A stretch of 64,000 nucleotides of DNA from Candidatus Krumholzibacteriota bacterium. GTDB taxonomy: Bacteria; Krumholzibacteriota; Krumholzibacteriia; JAJRXK01. A program made the position numbers and the translations under genes. Positions 38,983-47,915 of the stretch are shown piece by piece. A model generated the notes under the pieces. The model was not told where the DNA came from and did not search any database. It saw only the letters and a list, made by a program, of their open reading frames with translations. The stretch covers positions 28,507 through 92,506 of the forward strand of contig CAWDWO010000009.1 in assembly GCA_963806035.1 (NCBI GenBank). The letters run 5' to 3'. Every line of letters starts with the position of its first letter. Position 1 is the first letter of the stretch.

Positions 38983-40263
38983 TCAGTTCGCCGTGAATCC
39001 GAAGTGGTCCAAGAATCCGAAAATCGTCATTTCGGACCAAGCCTGGCCCGCGCTCGTCAAGCGTTCGAAACGTGTCTTGCCGTCGGAAAGCGTGCTGCGG
39101 ACGAGCGGTCCGCTGAGCGTCCCCATGACTTTGGCCTGAGGGTCGTTCGCGATCCAGTTGGAAGTGGTCTCGTCAAGTGCGTAGAAGGCGCCGCTGAGGG
39201 TACTGGCGGTACGAGTGTAGTCCGGATTGCGGCCGTTGTTGTCCCACAGCAGCGACCAGCTTCGGCCGCGGCGCGGGGTGCACCACCCTTCCCCTTCGAT
39301 TTTGTCGATCAGATCCATCGACTCCAGGTAGTTGTAGAACCAAACGGTGGGAGGAAAATCTTCCAGAACCACTCCCGCGACGTGCGCGGTGAAGTCCGGC
39401 CGCCGCAGAGGACGGTCGCCGTTGGCCACTTGCACGAATCCCTCACCGAAGCGCTCCTGAAGCTCGTCGAGGAAAGCGACCTGCCAGTCTTGCCAGGCTG
39501 CGAGATCGTCGGGATCGTCGAGAATCCCCACGCCGTCACGATCGAAATCGGCCTGCTGCGTTTGGGGATCATCCGGCTGGGGCCAGATGTAGGCGTTGAT
39601 GGAGACGTTGTCGTGAAAGATCCCATCGATCGCCGTGGGATATTCGTTGGCGTAGTGCGCAATGATGTCCACCTGCGTCAACATGAGCGAGCGGTTGTAG
39701 ACCATCCCGCTGCGCCAAGGATTCACCATCGGCGCGTTCTCCCACTTGGTGGCGACTTCACCGTCGGTGCGATAGGCGGTGTAGTGCGAGAGAAGATCGT
39801 AAAGATCGGCCCCCAGTGGGAAGCGCTCGCGGTGCTGGGCGCCATTCCAGCCCTCGTAGTAGGCCTCCATGTCCAAGAGACCCAGAATGACGATCTCGGG
39901 GTTGTAGCTGCGGATCTTCGCCAGTGGCGCCTGCGCTTCCGGTGAGAGCAAGAGCCGCAACTGGAAGGCCGCCAGGGAGGACGCGGCGATGTCGCGCAAC
40001 TGATCGTCGCTATAGAAGGACAGATTGAGGGTGCGATCGATCCAGGCCTGGGCGGGATAGGAGACCTCGGGCGCCGGCGCCGAGCTGACCTTGGGAGGCA
40101 TCACCGGGACGTAGTCTCCGTTGTCCGGGCCCAAGAGGCTCTGCGGGGCATCCGCCCCGCTCTGGCAACCCGCGGCCAGGACCAGGCTCAAGAAAAAGCC
40201 CACGAAGAGGATCCAGCGGTTCAGAAGGGAGTCGATAGCAGAATGCAACGGGAACTTCTTCAT
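38983..40263 (-). CDS. Putative glycoside-hydrolase-like (TIM-barrel, GHL15-like) lipoprotein
   Basis: Lipobox 'LAAGC'; 'DGIFHDN', 'DFDRDG', 'VANG', 'GVVLEDF'. Family assignment is tentative. Confidence 0.55.
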   Translation of the reverse strand: MKKFPLHSAIDSLLNRWILFVGFFLSLVLAAGCQSGADAPQSLLGPDNGDYVPVMPPKVSSAPAPEVSYPAQAWIDRTLNLSFYSDDQLRDIAASSLAAFQLRLLLSPEAQAPLAKIRSYNPEIVILGLLDMEAYYEGWNGAQHRERFPLGADLYDLLSHYTAYRTDGEVATKWENAPMVNPWRSGMVYNRSLMLTQVDIIAHYANEYPTAIDGIFHDNVSINAYIWPQPDDPQTQQADFDRDGVGILDDPDDLAAWQDWQVAFLDELQERFGEGFVQVANGDRPLRRPDFTAHVAGVVLEDFPPTVWFYNYLESMDLIDKIEGEGWCTPRRGRSWSLLWDNNGRNPDYTRTASTLSGAFYALDETTSNWIANDPQAKVMGTLSGPLVRSTLSDGKTRFERLTSAGQAWSEMTIFGFLDHFGFTAN

Positions 40264-40428
40264 GGCCTTCCGCGCGCGGCATGCCGAGACACGATGAGAA
40301 AGCACGCTCTCTCTTGGAGACACGTCCGACGCGCTCAGACTTGAAATGCAGGGAGCAGGCCAGGGTTTCGACCGCGAAGAAGGTGAAAGCTGGAAGATGG
40401 GGAACCCGGCGCCTCAGCGCCGCGCTCG

Positions 40429-41172
40429 TTACGATCCTGCGCGCGTGTGGCCCTGGCGCAGCAGCTCTCCGATCACCATGGCCATGGCGGCCTGGAGGTT
40501 GTAGGAGGGAATGAAGCCCTCCATCGGGAGTCGCAAGATTTCGTCCGCCTGATCGAGCACCGACTCTTCGACTCCGCGCTCTTCGGCGCCCACCACGAAG
40601 AGCGATGCCGGATCGAGCTTGCACTCCCAGGGTGCGCGGGTTCCACAATCTTCCACCACCACGATGCGCCGCCCCGCGGCCCTGGCCAGGGCGCAGGCCT
40701 GCTGCGCACCGGCCCACAGAACCGGCATGAAGCGGTCCGCGTACATCGAGGCCCGCAAGGCCGCGCGCCGTGCCCTGCCATCGAACTCGGTGTCGAGAAC
40801 GATCCCCGCCGCGCCGGAAACTTCCGCGCAACGAATGGCGAAGCCGGCGTTGCCGGGGTAGCTGATTCCGCTGAGAAGCCACACGGGGAACTTCGACGCC
40901 ATCCACTCGGCCACCGGTGCGCCGGGATCGGGACCGCTCAGCGCGAGCATCTCCGGCTTGCCGGCGGATTTCTGCATCCGCTTCAAGTCGTTGCGGCTCG
41001 CCCCGCGAATCTTCACTCCCGCGCGCTCGAGCCGGGCGAGCACCTCGCGCGTCCTCTGGTCGATCGAGTCACGACGAACCAGAACGAGTCCCAGCGCAAT
41101 TCCCTCGTCGAGAGCGGCGCTCACCTCATCGCAACCACTGAACTGTCTGCGAAGTCGAGGAGGGTTGATCAC
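40429..41172 (-). CDS. TrmH/SpoU family RNA methyltransferase
   Basis: 'YPGNAGFAIR.AE..G', 'VVGAEERGV', 'LPMEGFIPSYNL.AA'; GTG start estimated. Confidence 0.85.
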   Translation of the reverse strand: MINPPRLRRQFSGCDEVSAALDEGIALGLVLVRRDSIDQRTREVLARLERAGVKIRGASRNDLKRMQKSAGKPEMLALSGPDPGAPVAEWMASKFPVWLLSGISYPGNAGFAIRCAEVSGAAGIVLDTEFDGRARRAALRASMYADRFMPVLWAGAQQACALARAAGRRIVVVEDCGTRAPWECKLDPASLFVVGAEERGVEESVLDQADEILRLPMEGFIPSYNLQAAMAMVIGELLRQGHTRAGS

Positions 41173-41270
41173 GTTACTCGGACCACCTTGTCGCCGGTGA
41201 GAATGGCGATCATCGCCATTGAGCCGTCGAGAAATTCTGCGGTCGAGGGACCGCGCGAGTGCGGCCGCTC

Positions 41271-43766
41271 TCAGGGTCGTGACGAAATTCGCCGGTAGAG
41301 TTCGATGCCGCTGCCGACGCCGCCTCCCATACCTTCGAGAGCGGTGAAGGGCGCGCCCTCCGCGTTCAGCCAGGGTCTCGGATCGGTTTCCTTCACTTCG
41401 AGCAGATTCTGCACCGGAGTCTGTCCGACCGCGACCACGTCGATTTTCTTTTCGCGCAGTTCGTTCAGCCAGTCCTCGCGCGTGCACGCTCGACAGGAGA
41501 CGTCCTTCACCTTGTGCATCAGATCGCGGCCATAGAAAGGATAGCGCAGCTGGGTCATGGCGACGCCGATGACCTCGTCCGCGGGGGCCTGGAGCGCGTG
41601 CAGGTAGGGTAAGTCATAGGACTTCTTGCGGTGGAGCTCGCGAAACTCCCGCGCTCCGTGACTCCATAGTGTGAGCAGCAGCACCGACGCCACCAGAAAC
41701 GCGGGCTTGATCACCGCGCTGGTCCGCGACCGCCGGCCCTCGTCCTTCGCCTTCTTCTTCAAAGCGCTCAGGGTGATCCACACGCCCAGCGTAAAGAGCG
41801 CGAAGAGGACGATTTCCACCAATTGCGTGCGCGGCAACGCGACGTGCAATGCCACCGACCACGCGCACATGAACACGGCAAAGAGCCAAAAGAGCGTGCG
41901 AGAAACGCGAGAGATTCCAAAGCCGAGTGCGGCGAGCACGCTGGCCATGGCCAGCTTGGGCAAGGCGAAGCGCATGGCCTGGCCCGACCACAAGCTGTAG
42001 TGCCAGCCGTGGGTCCCGTTGTCTCCGCTGAAGGGAGTGAAGCCGAAAACGAATCCGCACGCGGCGATCGCGCCCAAGAGCAGCAACTTGGTCGCAAGGG
42101 CGCGCCGGGAACGCAGTTCCTGCGCGACGGCCGCGATGGCGCCGGCGATGAGGACGAGAACGGGAAGCCCCAACCACTGGCGGCCGTTGGCAATGGCGAG
42201 GGACCAATCGTGAGGCGAGAGTGGATGGAAGACGGCGAAGAGATTGGTGCGCGCGAGATTCTCACCACTCAGCTGACCGGGAAAAATCACCTGGCCGAAA
42301 GCTTTCAGCTGCAAGAGACCCAGCGGATTGCCGACCTGAATGAGGTTTCGCAGGTACCAGAAGGATCCCAGCGCGCAGGCGACAAGCAGCGCCGTCCAGC
42401 CCGCGAGCCGTGGCCTTCCCAGCGGCTGCGAGGCGCGCCCTTCTTCGCTGGAACCCATCCTGGATGAGATCCACAGCAAGACGATCGCCAGGACCGCGTA
42501 TAACGGTCCGGTCGCTTTCAGCCCACAGACGATCCCCAGAGTCAGAACGAAGAGAGAGAAGCTCCTCTTGCGTCGGGATGTGTCCAGGAAGCCGCCCAGG
42601 CAAAGTGCTGCGGTGAAGAAAGCCGCCAGCGGCAGGTCGGACTTGAGTTCTTCGGTCTGCATGAGCACGAGCGGAAAGGAGAGCAAGAGGAGCGCGCTGG
42701 CCGCCGCCTCTTGCGCTCGCGCGCCGGCGCGTCGCGCGAGAACGAAGACCGAACAGCCCAGGATGACGAAGGCCTCGACTGCCGGCGCTCCGAAGAGGAA
42801 ATCCTCGCGGAAGGGAAAGTATCCCAGCAGGCTCAGAAGCTCCCAGTGCAGAGGGTAGTGTCCGGTCTGCCCCAGCCAGGGCAGGGACGCGATTCTGTGC
42901 TGTTGGATCCACTGGGCCATCAGGGGAAGGTGGTAGGCGAGGCCATCCCAATCGGTCATGGGCACAAGCAGGGTCTTGGCGAGAACGGCGAGTCCCAGAA
43001 TGAGCGCCGCACCCGCGAGCAAGAGCGTGGCACGATCCTCACAAGCGGGCAGAAGCTGCGGCACGGGACGCTTTGCTCTTGCCCACAGCCCCAGACCCAC
43101 CGCCAAGAGCGCCAGTTGAAGCGCGAAGAAGGGAACGGCCCCGAGCAATCCCGCACTGGAGAGCAAGAAGGCCGCGCAGAGTTGGATCGCCGTCCAGGAT
43201 ACCAGCAGAGCCACCCACCACTCGGCCCAGCGAAATGGGCCGCGGAGCAACGCGAAGAGAAGAGGAAGTGGTGCGAAAATCCACAACAGAGTGAGCACGA
43301 TGCCGCCAAAATGACTCATCCAGGAGAAGTAGGTCCCGCTGGCCGCTTGCTCTTGGCCGGAGGAATCTTCTCCGGTGATCATGTGGCCCTCTTTCCACAA
43401 AATCGTCTCGGTCGGCCCCTGTGGATCATAGTAGCGCCAGTTGCCGTCCATCTTGCCCTTGCGGTAATAGCCCTCCTTGAGGAGAAAGCCGTCGGCGTTC
43501 CACTCCCTCCAGAGTCCGCTACGAAGTCCGTGCCGATATTGGCCTTGAAGCTGCTTTTGCCCGTTGGGGAAAAAGGCCTGATAGGCGCCGTCGCTCTCCA
43601 GCCTGCCGTCCGGATATCGCAGAGCTTCGCTGGAGACGCGCGCGTTTCCGTTGGGCCATCGGCTCACCTGAACGCCTCGCTTGGCGCGCAGATCATTCCC
43701 GAAGGCGACCGCGAGAAAGAGGATTCCCAGTAGAAGGACCGATCCCACGATTTCGGAACGTTTCAT
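41271..43766 (-). CDS. MORN-variant-repeat / multi-TM (GT-C-like) fusion membrane protein
   Basis: N-terminal repeats 'GAYQAFFPNGQKQLQGQYRHGLRSGLWREWNADG...GNWRYYD'; then many TM helices with 'WDGLAYHLP', 'HYP', 'GLKATG', 'WYLRN..GNP'. Confidence 0.7.
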   Translation of the reverse strand: MKRSEIVGSVLLLGILFLAVAFGNDLRAKRGVQVSRWPNGNARVSSEALRYPDGRLESDGAYQAFFPNGQKQLQGQYRHGLRSGLWREWNADGFLLKEGYYRKGKMDGNWRYYDPQGPTETILWKEGHMITGEDSSGQEQAASGTYFSWMSHFGGIVLTLLWIFAPLPLLFALLRGPFRWAEWWVALLVSWTAIQLCAAFLLSSAGLLGAVPFFALQLALLAVGLGLWARAKRPVPQLLPACEDRATLLLAGAALILGLAVLAKTLLVPMTDWDGLAYHLPLMAQWIQQHRIASLPWLGQTGHYPLHWELLSLLGYFPFREDFLFGAPAVEAFVILGCSVFVLARRAGARAQEAAASALLLLSFPLVLMQTEELKSDLPLAAFFTAALCLGGFLDTSRRKRSFSLFVLTLGIVCGLKATGPLYAVLAIVLLWISSRMGSSEEGRASQPLGRPRLAGWTALLVACALGSFWYLRNLIQVGNPLGLLQLKAFGQVIFPGQLSGENLARTNLFAVFHPLSPHDWSLAIANGRQWLGLPVLVLIAGAIAAVAQELRSRRALATKLLLLGAIAACGFVFGFTPFSGDNGTHGWHYSLWSGQAMRFALPKLAMASVLAALGFGISRVSRTLFWLFAVFMCAWSVALHVALPRTQLVEIVLFALFTLGVWITLSALKKKAKDEGRRSRTSAVIKPAFLVASVLLLTLWSHGAREFRELHRKKSYDLPYLHALQAPADEVIGVAMTQLRYPFYGRDLMHKVKDVSCRACTREDWLNELREKKIDVVAVGQTPVQNLLEVKETDPRPWLNAEGAPFTALEGMGGGVGSGIELYRRISSRP

Positions 43767-43923
43767 CAGAACACCCGTTCTTCCCCGTGATGCCAGCCCC
43801 GATCTGAAATCCCGCGACTTGGCCGAAGCGGCATTTGGGCCCATTTTATGATAGTATTTCCTGCACCTCAATCGGACTCCCGCGCCGGTCACTCTCGTTT
43901 TCCGGTGGAAAGGAAAAGACGAT

Positions 43924-44373
43924 ATGCCCACTGTCGCCATGCGTTCGAGGCAGAGGCTCCTGGCACTATGTCTGCCTCTGCTCGCCATCGTCATCATCAT
44001 CGCGACCCTTCCCGACGCTTCTCGTATTCTTCCCTCTCATGCAGCGCGTCAGGGCATTAGTCCTTACGGTGCGGCTGCGATGCGCGCGAGTCTCGATCCC
44101 GAGACCGGCGCGCTCTCGGTGAATCCCACTCCCGCCGGCTCATTCAAGATGCTGGACAAGGCACTGAGCCGCTCGAGCGCAGGACTCATCCAGAAGACAC
44201 AGCCCAACGGTACGGTGAGCGTGGATCTGCAGGGCAGATTCATGAGTGCCAGCGTGGCTCACATCGACGCGAAGGGTCAACTGCACACCACCTGTACCGA
44301 GGACCTCAACGAGGCCAAGCGGGTGCTCGAAGGAACTTCACCGCAGACCAGCCGCAAACTGGAGGTGAAGTGA
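43924..44373 (+). CDS. Small exported protein resembling the 'post-PEP-CTERM-1' domain family
   Basis: Signal peptide; 'MRASLDPETG', 'LSRSSAGL', 'GTVSVDLQGRFMS'; ends 1 nt before the protease start. Confidence 0.6.
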   Translation: MPTVAMRSRQRLLALCLPLLAIVIIIATLPDASRILPSHAARQGISPYGAAAMRASLDPETGALSVNPTPAGSFKMLDKALSRSSAGLIQKTQPNGTVSVDLQGRFMSASVAHIDAKGQLHTTCTEDLNEAKRVLEGTSPQTSRKLEVK

Positions 44374-44374
44374 G

Positions 44375-46072
44375 ATGAAGCGCATCTTCGCTCTGGCACT
44401 TCTGACCCTCTTCATCGCGGCAAGTTCCCAGGCCGCCAACATCATCATCATCAACAACGATGATCCCGGAGAGGGCTTCAACGATCCCACTCCGGTCGCC
44501 CCGGTGGGAGGGAACCCGGGAACGACCATCGGGCAGCAACGCCTGAACGTCTTCCAACACGCGGCGGACATCTGGGGATCCATCCTCAGCTCCAACGTCA
44601 CCATTCGCGTGAAGTCGAATTTCGATCCTCTCAGCTGCAACTCGACCAGCGCCGTCTTGGGCGCCGCGGGACCTCCCACGATCTACCGTGACTTTCCCAA
44701 TGCCGAGTGGGCCCTCACCTGGTATCACCCGGCACTGGCCAACAAGCTGGCCAATACGGATCTGGACGGCGGAACCACCGACGACATCGTGGCTCAGTTC
44801 AACAGCAGCGTCGACAACAACAATTCCTGCCTGACCGGGACCAACTGGTACTACGGATTCGACGGGAACGAGGGCAGCGACGTCGAGCTTCTGACGGTGA
44901 TCCTGCACGAACTCGGACACGGGCTCGGCTTCTCCGAATTCGTGAATCACACGACGGGGGAGTTCGCGTTGGGTTACCCTGATGTCTACAGCCGCTTCCT
45001 TTACGACGAGACGCAGCAGCTGAGCTGGATTCAGATGACCAACGCGCAGCGCGTTGCCTCGGCCATCAACACGGGCAATTTGGACTGGAGCGGTTCCGCG
45101 GTCGGCTTCGCGGCGCCGTCCTATTTGAATGCGCCCGCCGTGGTGCAGATCACGGCTCCGATCGCCATCGCGGGAACCTTCACCCAGGTGGCAACTGCGG
45201 CCTTCGGACCGCAGATCACCAGCAGCAACTCGGTGAGCGGCGAAGTCGTGCTCGCCGATGACGGCGTCGGCTCCGGTAGTGACGCCTGCTCCGCGCTCAT
45301 CAACGGGGCCGCCATCTCCGGTAAGATCGCGCTCATCGACCGTGGAACCTGCGCGTTCGTCGACAAAGTGAATGCTGCGCAGGACGCCGGCGCCATCGGA
45401 GTGCTGGTCGTCAATAGCACATCCGCCGCGCCGATCACCATGGGCGGTACCGACCCCGGCATCACCATTCCCGCCCTGATGATCACTCTCTCCGACGGTA
45501 ATTCGATCAAGACCCAGCTGGGAATGGCGCAGACGGTCATGGCCACCATGACCGTGGACAACTCCTCGCTCTCGGGCACCTATCCGGGAACGGGCCGAGT
45601 CCTGGTCTATACCCCGAATCCCTTGGAGCCGGGTTCTTCGGTCTCGCACTGGGACGTCAGCGCGACTCCGAATCTCCTCATGGAGCCCGCGATCAACAGC
45701 GACCTTCACGATGACGTCGACCTGACGCGCTATGCCTTCGAGGACATCGGATGGTTCATCCCGCGCGCCACGGCCAGTCCGAGCATTCCCGCCGCGCGTA
45801 CCGAGTTGATGGGCAACGCTCCCAACCCCTTCAACCCGGCCACGAGCATTCGCTTCAATTTGGCTCGCCGCAGCGAAGTCAGTCTGAAGATCTACGACAG
45901 CGCCGGCCGGCTGGTGAGGGATCTCTTCGAGGGCTCCCTCGATGCTGGTCCGCAGTCGGTGAAATGGAACGGCCGGGACGAAGCCGGCAAGTCCGTGGCT
46001 TCGGGCGTTTACCACTACACCTTCCGCGCGGGTGACCACACCGAGAGCGGGAGAATGGCTCTATTGAAGTAG
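44375..46072 (+). CDS. Secreted zinc metalloprotease with PA domain and C-terminal FlgD-Ig/T9SS-like domain
   Basis: Signal peptide, 'HELGHGLGF', PA motif 'GKIALIDRGTCAFVDKVNAAQDAGA', 'SVSHWD', tail 'NAPNPFNPATSIRF...WNGRDEAG...SGVY'. Confidence 0.88.
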   Translation: MKRIFALALLTLFIAASSQAANIIIINNDDPGEGFNDPTPVAPVGGNPGTTIGQQRLNVFQHAADIWGSILSSNVTIRVKSNFDPLSCNSTSAVLGAAGPPTIYRDFPNAEWALTWYHPALANKLANTDLDGGTTDDIVAQFNSSVDNNNSCLTGTNWYYGFDGNEGSDVELLTVILHELGHGLGFSEFVNHTTGEFALGYPDVYSRFLYDETQQLSWIQMTNAQRVASAINTGNLDWSGSAVGFAAPSYLNAPAVVQITAPIAIAGTFTQVATAAFGPQITSSNSVSGEVVLADDGVGSGSDACSALINGAAISGKIALIDRGTCAFVDKVNAAQDAGAIGVLVVNSTSAAPITMGGTDPGITIPALMITLSDGNSIKTQLGMAQTVMATMTVDNSSLSGTYPGTGRVLVYTPNPLEPGSSVSHWDVSATPNLLMEPAINSDLHDDVDLTRYAFEDIGWFIPRATASPSIPAARTELMGNAPNPFNPATSIRFNLARRSEVSLKIYDSAGRLVRDLFEGSLDAGPQSVKWNGRDEAGKSVASGVYHYTFRAGDHTESGRMALLK

Positions 46073-46080
46073 CCTGAACT

Positions 46081-46115
46081 CGCGCGGGGGCGAATCGACT
46101 ATTCGCCTCCGCGCG
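46081..46115. terminator. 15-bp GC-rich hairpin at a convergent gene junction
   Basis: cgcgcgggggcgaat-cgact-attcgcctccgcgcg (one G-U pair); no U-tract. Confidence 0.45.
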
Positions 46116-47790
46116 CACCCTTCACTTCACTCAACTCCGCCATCAGTTGCATCAGGGCCTTCGTGTTCGCGCGCAGTCTCATGGAATGACGCGGGCCGCC
46201 CACCATTCCCGCATAGCGGATCTCGACGGGAGGTCCGGCCTGGATGGCGATCGCGTTCTTGCCTTCCACTTGCGAAAAGACCTGCAGCAGCTCGCGGCTG
46301 ATGGCGCGGAGCTCGACCCGCGACATCAGCTGCACACCGCTTCCCGCCCAGCTCTTCAGGCTCGCCAGGGCGGCCGGTTCGGCTCCGCCCTCCGCGACAA
46401 AACGCTGCAACACTGAATCCAGCTCCTGCTCGTCGTTCATGAGGCAGAAAAGCAGCCGATCACCGTGCGCAGCCAGATGCAGACGCGGCAAAAAGCCCTG
46501 CATGAAGGCGGCGGTCGCCTGGACCTCCTGCGAATCCTGCTCGGTCGCGCTGGAATCGCTGAGCACCTTTTCCAGACGAGCCGGATCGATTTGCCACTCG
46601 TAGTCGTGTCTCGTCATTTGCCCCGCCGAGCCGGCCGCGTCATCGAGTTTCTTTAGACTCAATCCCAAATCGGCTTCGGGAAGACTCATCAACAGTGCAT
46701 CCATTTCCCCCAGCGCCGCGCTCGCGTCCTCGACCTTGGCGACCTGCACCCACTGGATCGCGCCCTGGTGAATCCTCGCGGTGGTCGCCGAAAGCTCTTG
46801 TAGCGAACGCCACTTCTCGCGAGCCGTCTGAAGCCAGGCACGGGCGGGTTCGCGTTCATCTTGTGGGAGTTTGGAGGCAAACTTGGAGTCCCCCAGTTCC
46901 TTCAGGAAGGGGACGTTCTGGTAGAGCAGCGACAGGTTGGTGGCGCTGATCCCCAAGAGATCGCCGTAGTCCGGCAAATACGCGGCGAGTTGCAGCGCCT
47001 CGTCGAGGGGGGGCTGGGGCCCGGCGTCGAGGACCGAACGCGGGTTGATGTCCAGAGCAAGGGAGCATTCGATCGAACCCTCATCCTCGCCCAGGGTGAA
47101 TTCCAGGCTGCGCGCGGAGTTCATGAGAGCGGTCGCGAGTCCGAAAACTTCGGCGGGAGGCTGATTCGCGCTGGGAGCATTCGCCGCTCTCTGCTGCATG
47201 GACTGCATCATCATCTCGATCATCGGCCGGGTGATGGCGAAGATCGTCTCCAGATCGATCCGTCCCACCAACTGGCCGCTGGAAATCCCGTCCAAGAGCG
47301 CGGGGACCTCTCCACTGGCGGCATAGTCTTGAATCGCCGAGAGCGCCAAGTAACCGCCGCCGGTCTGCGCCGAAGCGAACCCACTGGCCAAAGCGAGGGT
47401 CTCCGCATCCACTTCCGCATCGCTCAGAGGAACCAAGAGCGTCAGCTGAGGTTCAGGCGCGCCGTAGCTCAAGTCCAGGGTGCCCACCAAAACCATCGGC
47501 CGCGTGCGGTCGATCACGTCTTTGATTCGGCTCAGTCCCTCGGGGAAATAATCCAGTACATCGTTCTTGAGTGCCGGATCCGCTTTCTTCAGTCCACCCG
47601 TCACGCTCGCGAGTGTGCGCTCACACTCGTCCAGCGAAGAAAGATAGAGCACTGCCACGGGATTCTCCGGGAGAAGCATCAGAGCTTGGGTGGGAACCGG
47701 CGCAGACTGATCGGACGCGAGCGTGGAGCCGCTGGCGAGGAGCAGAGCAAGGAGAGCGGAAACGAAGACGAAACGTGACAAGGCAGACAT
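46099..47790 (-). CDS. Hypothetical exported protein
   Basis: Signal peptide 'MSALSRFVFVSALLALLLASGSTLA'; long ORF with no recognisable motif. Confidence 0.7.
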   Translation of the reverse strand: MSALSRFVFVSALLALLLASGSTLASDQSAPVPTQALMLLPENPVAVLYLSSLDECERTLASVTGGLKKADPALKNDVLDYFPEGLSRIKDVIDRTRPMVLVGTLDLSYGAPEPQLTLLVPLSDAEVDAETLALASGFASAQTGGGYLALSAIQDYAASGEVPALLDGISSGQLVGRIDLETIFAITRPMIEMMMQSMQQRAANAPSANQPPAEVFGLATALMNSARSLEFTLGEDEGSIECSLALDINPRSVLDAGPQPPLDEALQLAAYLPDYGDLLGISATNLSLLYQNVPFLKELGDSKFASKLPQDEREPARAWLQTAREKWRSLQELSATTARIHQGAIQWVQVAKVEDASAALGEMDALLMSLPEADLGLSLKKLDDAAGSAGQMTRHDYEWQIDPARLEKVLSDSSATEQDSQEVQATAAFMQGFLPRLHLAAHGDRLLFCLMNDEQELDSVLQRFVAEGGAEPAALASLKSWAGSGVQLMSRVELRAISRELLQVFSQVEGKNAIAIQAGPPVEIRYAGMVGGPRHSMRLRANTKALMQLMAELSEVKGARGGE

Positions 47791-47915
47791 GGGGACTCCC
47801 GGGACGGGGAACGAACAGGCGATCAGGGGCAAGTTTCCCGTCTCCGCGCGAATCTGGCAAGCAAAGGGTATGCGAAAGGCTCCGAGGGTATATCTTGGAC
47901 TCGGGAGATGAGCGC

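Noticed and set aside
43960..43976. Sigma54-like CTGGCACTATGTCTGC
   Set aside because: It lies inside the signal-peptide coding region (LLALCL) of the 43924 ORF with no supporting IHF or UAS site; probably coincidental.
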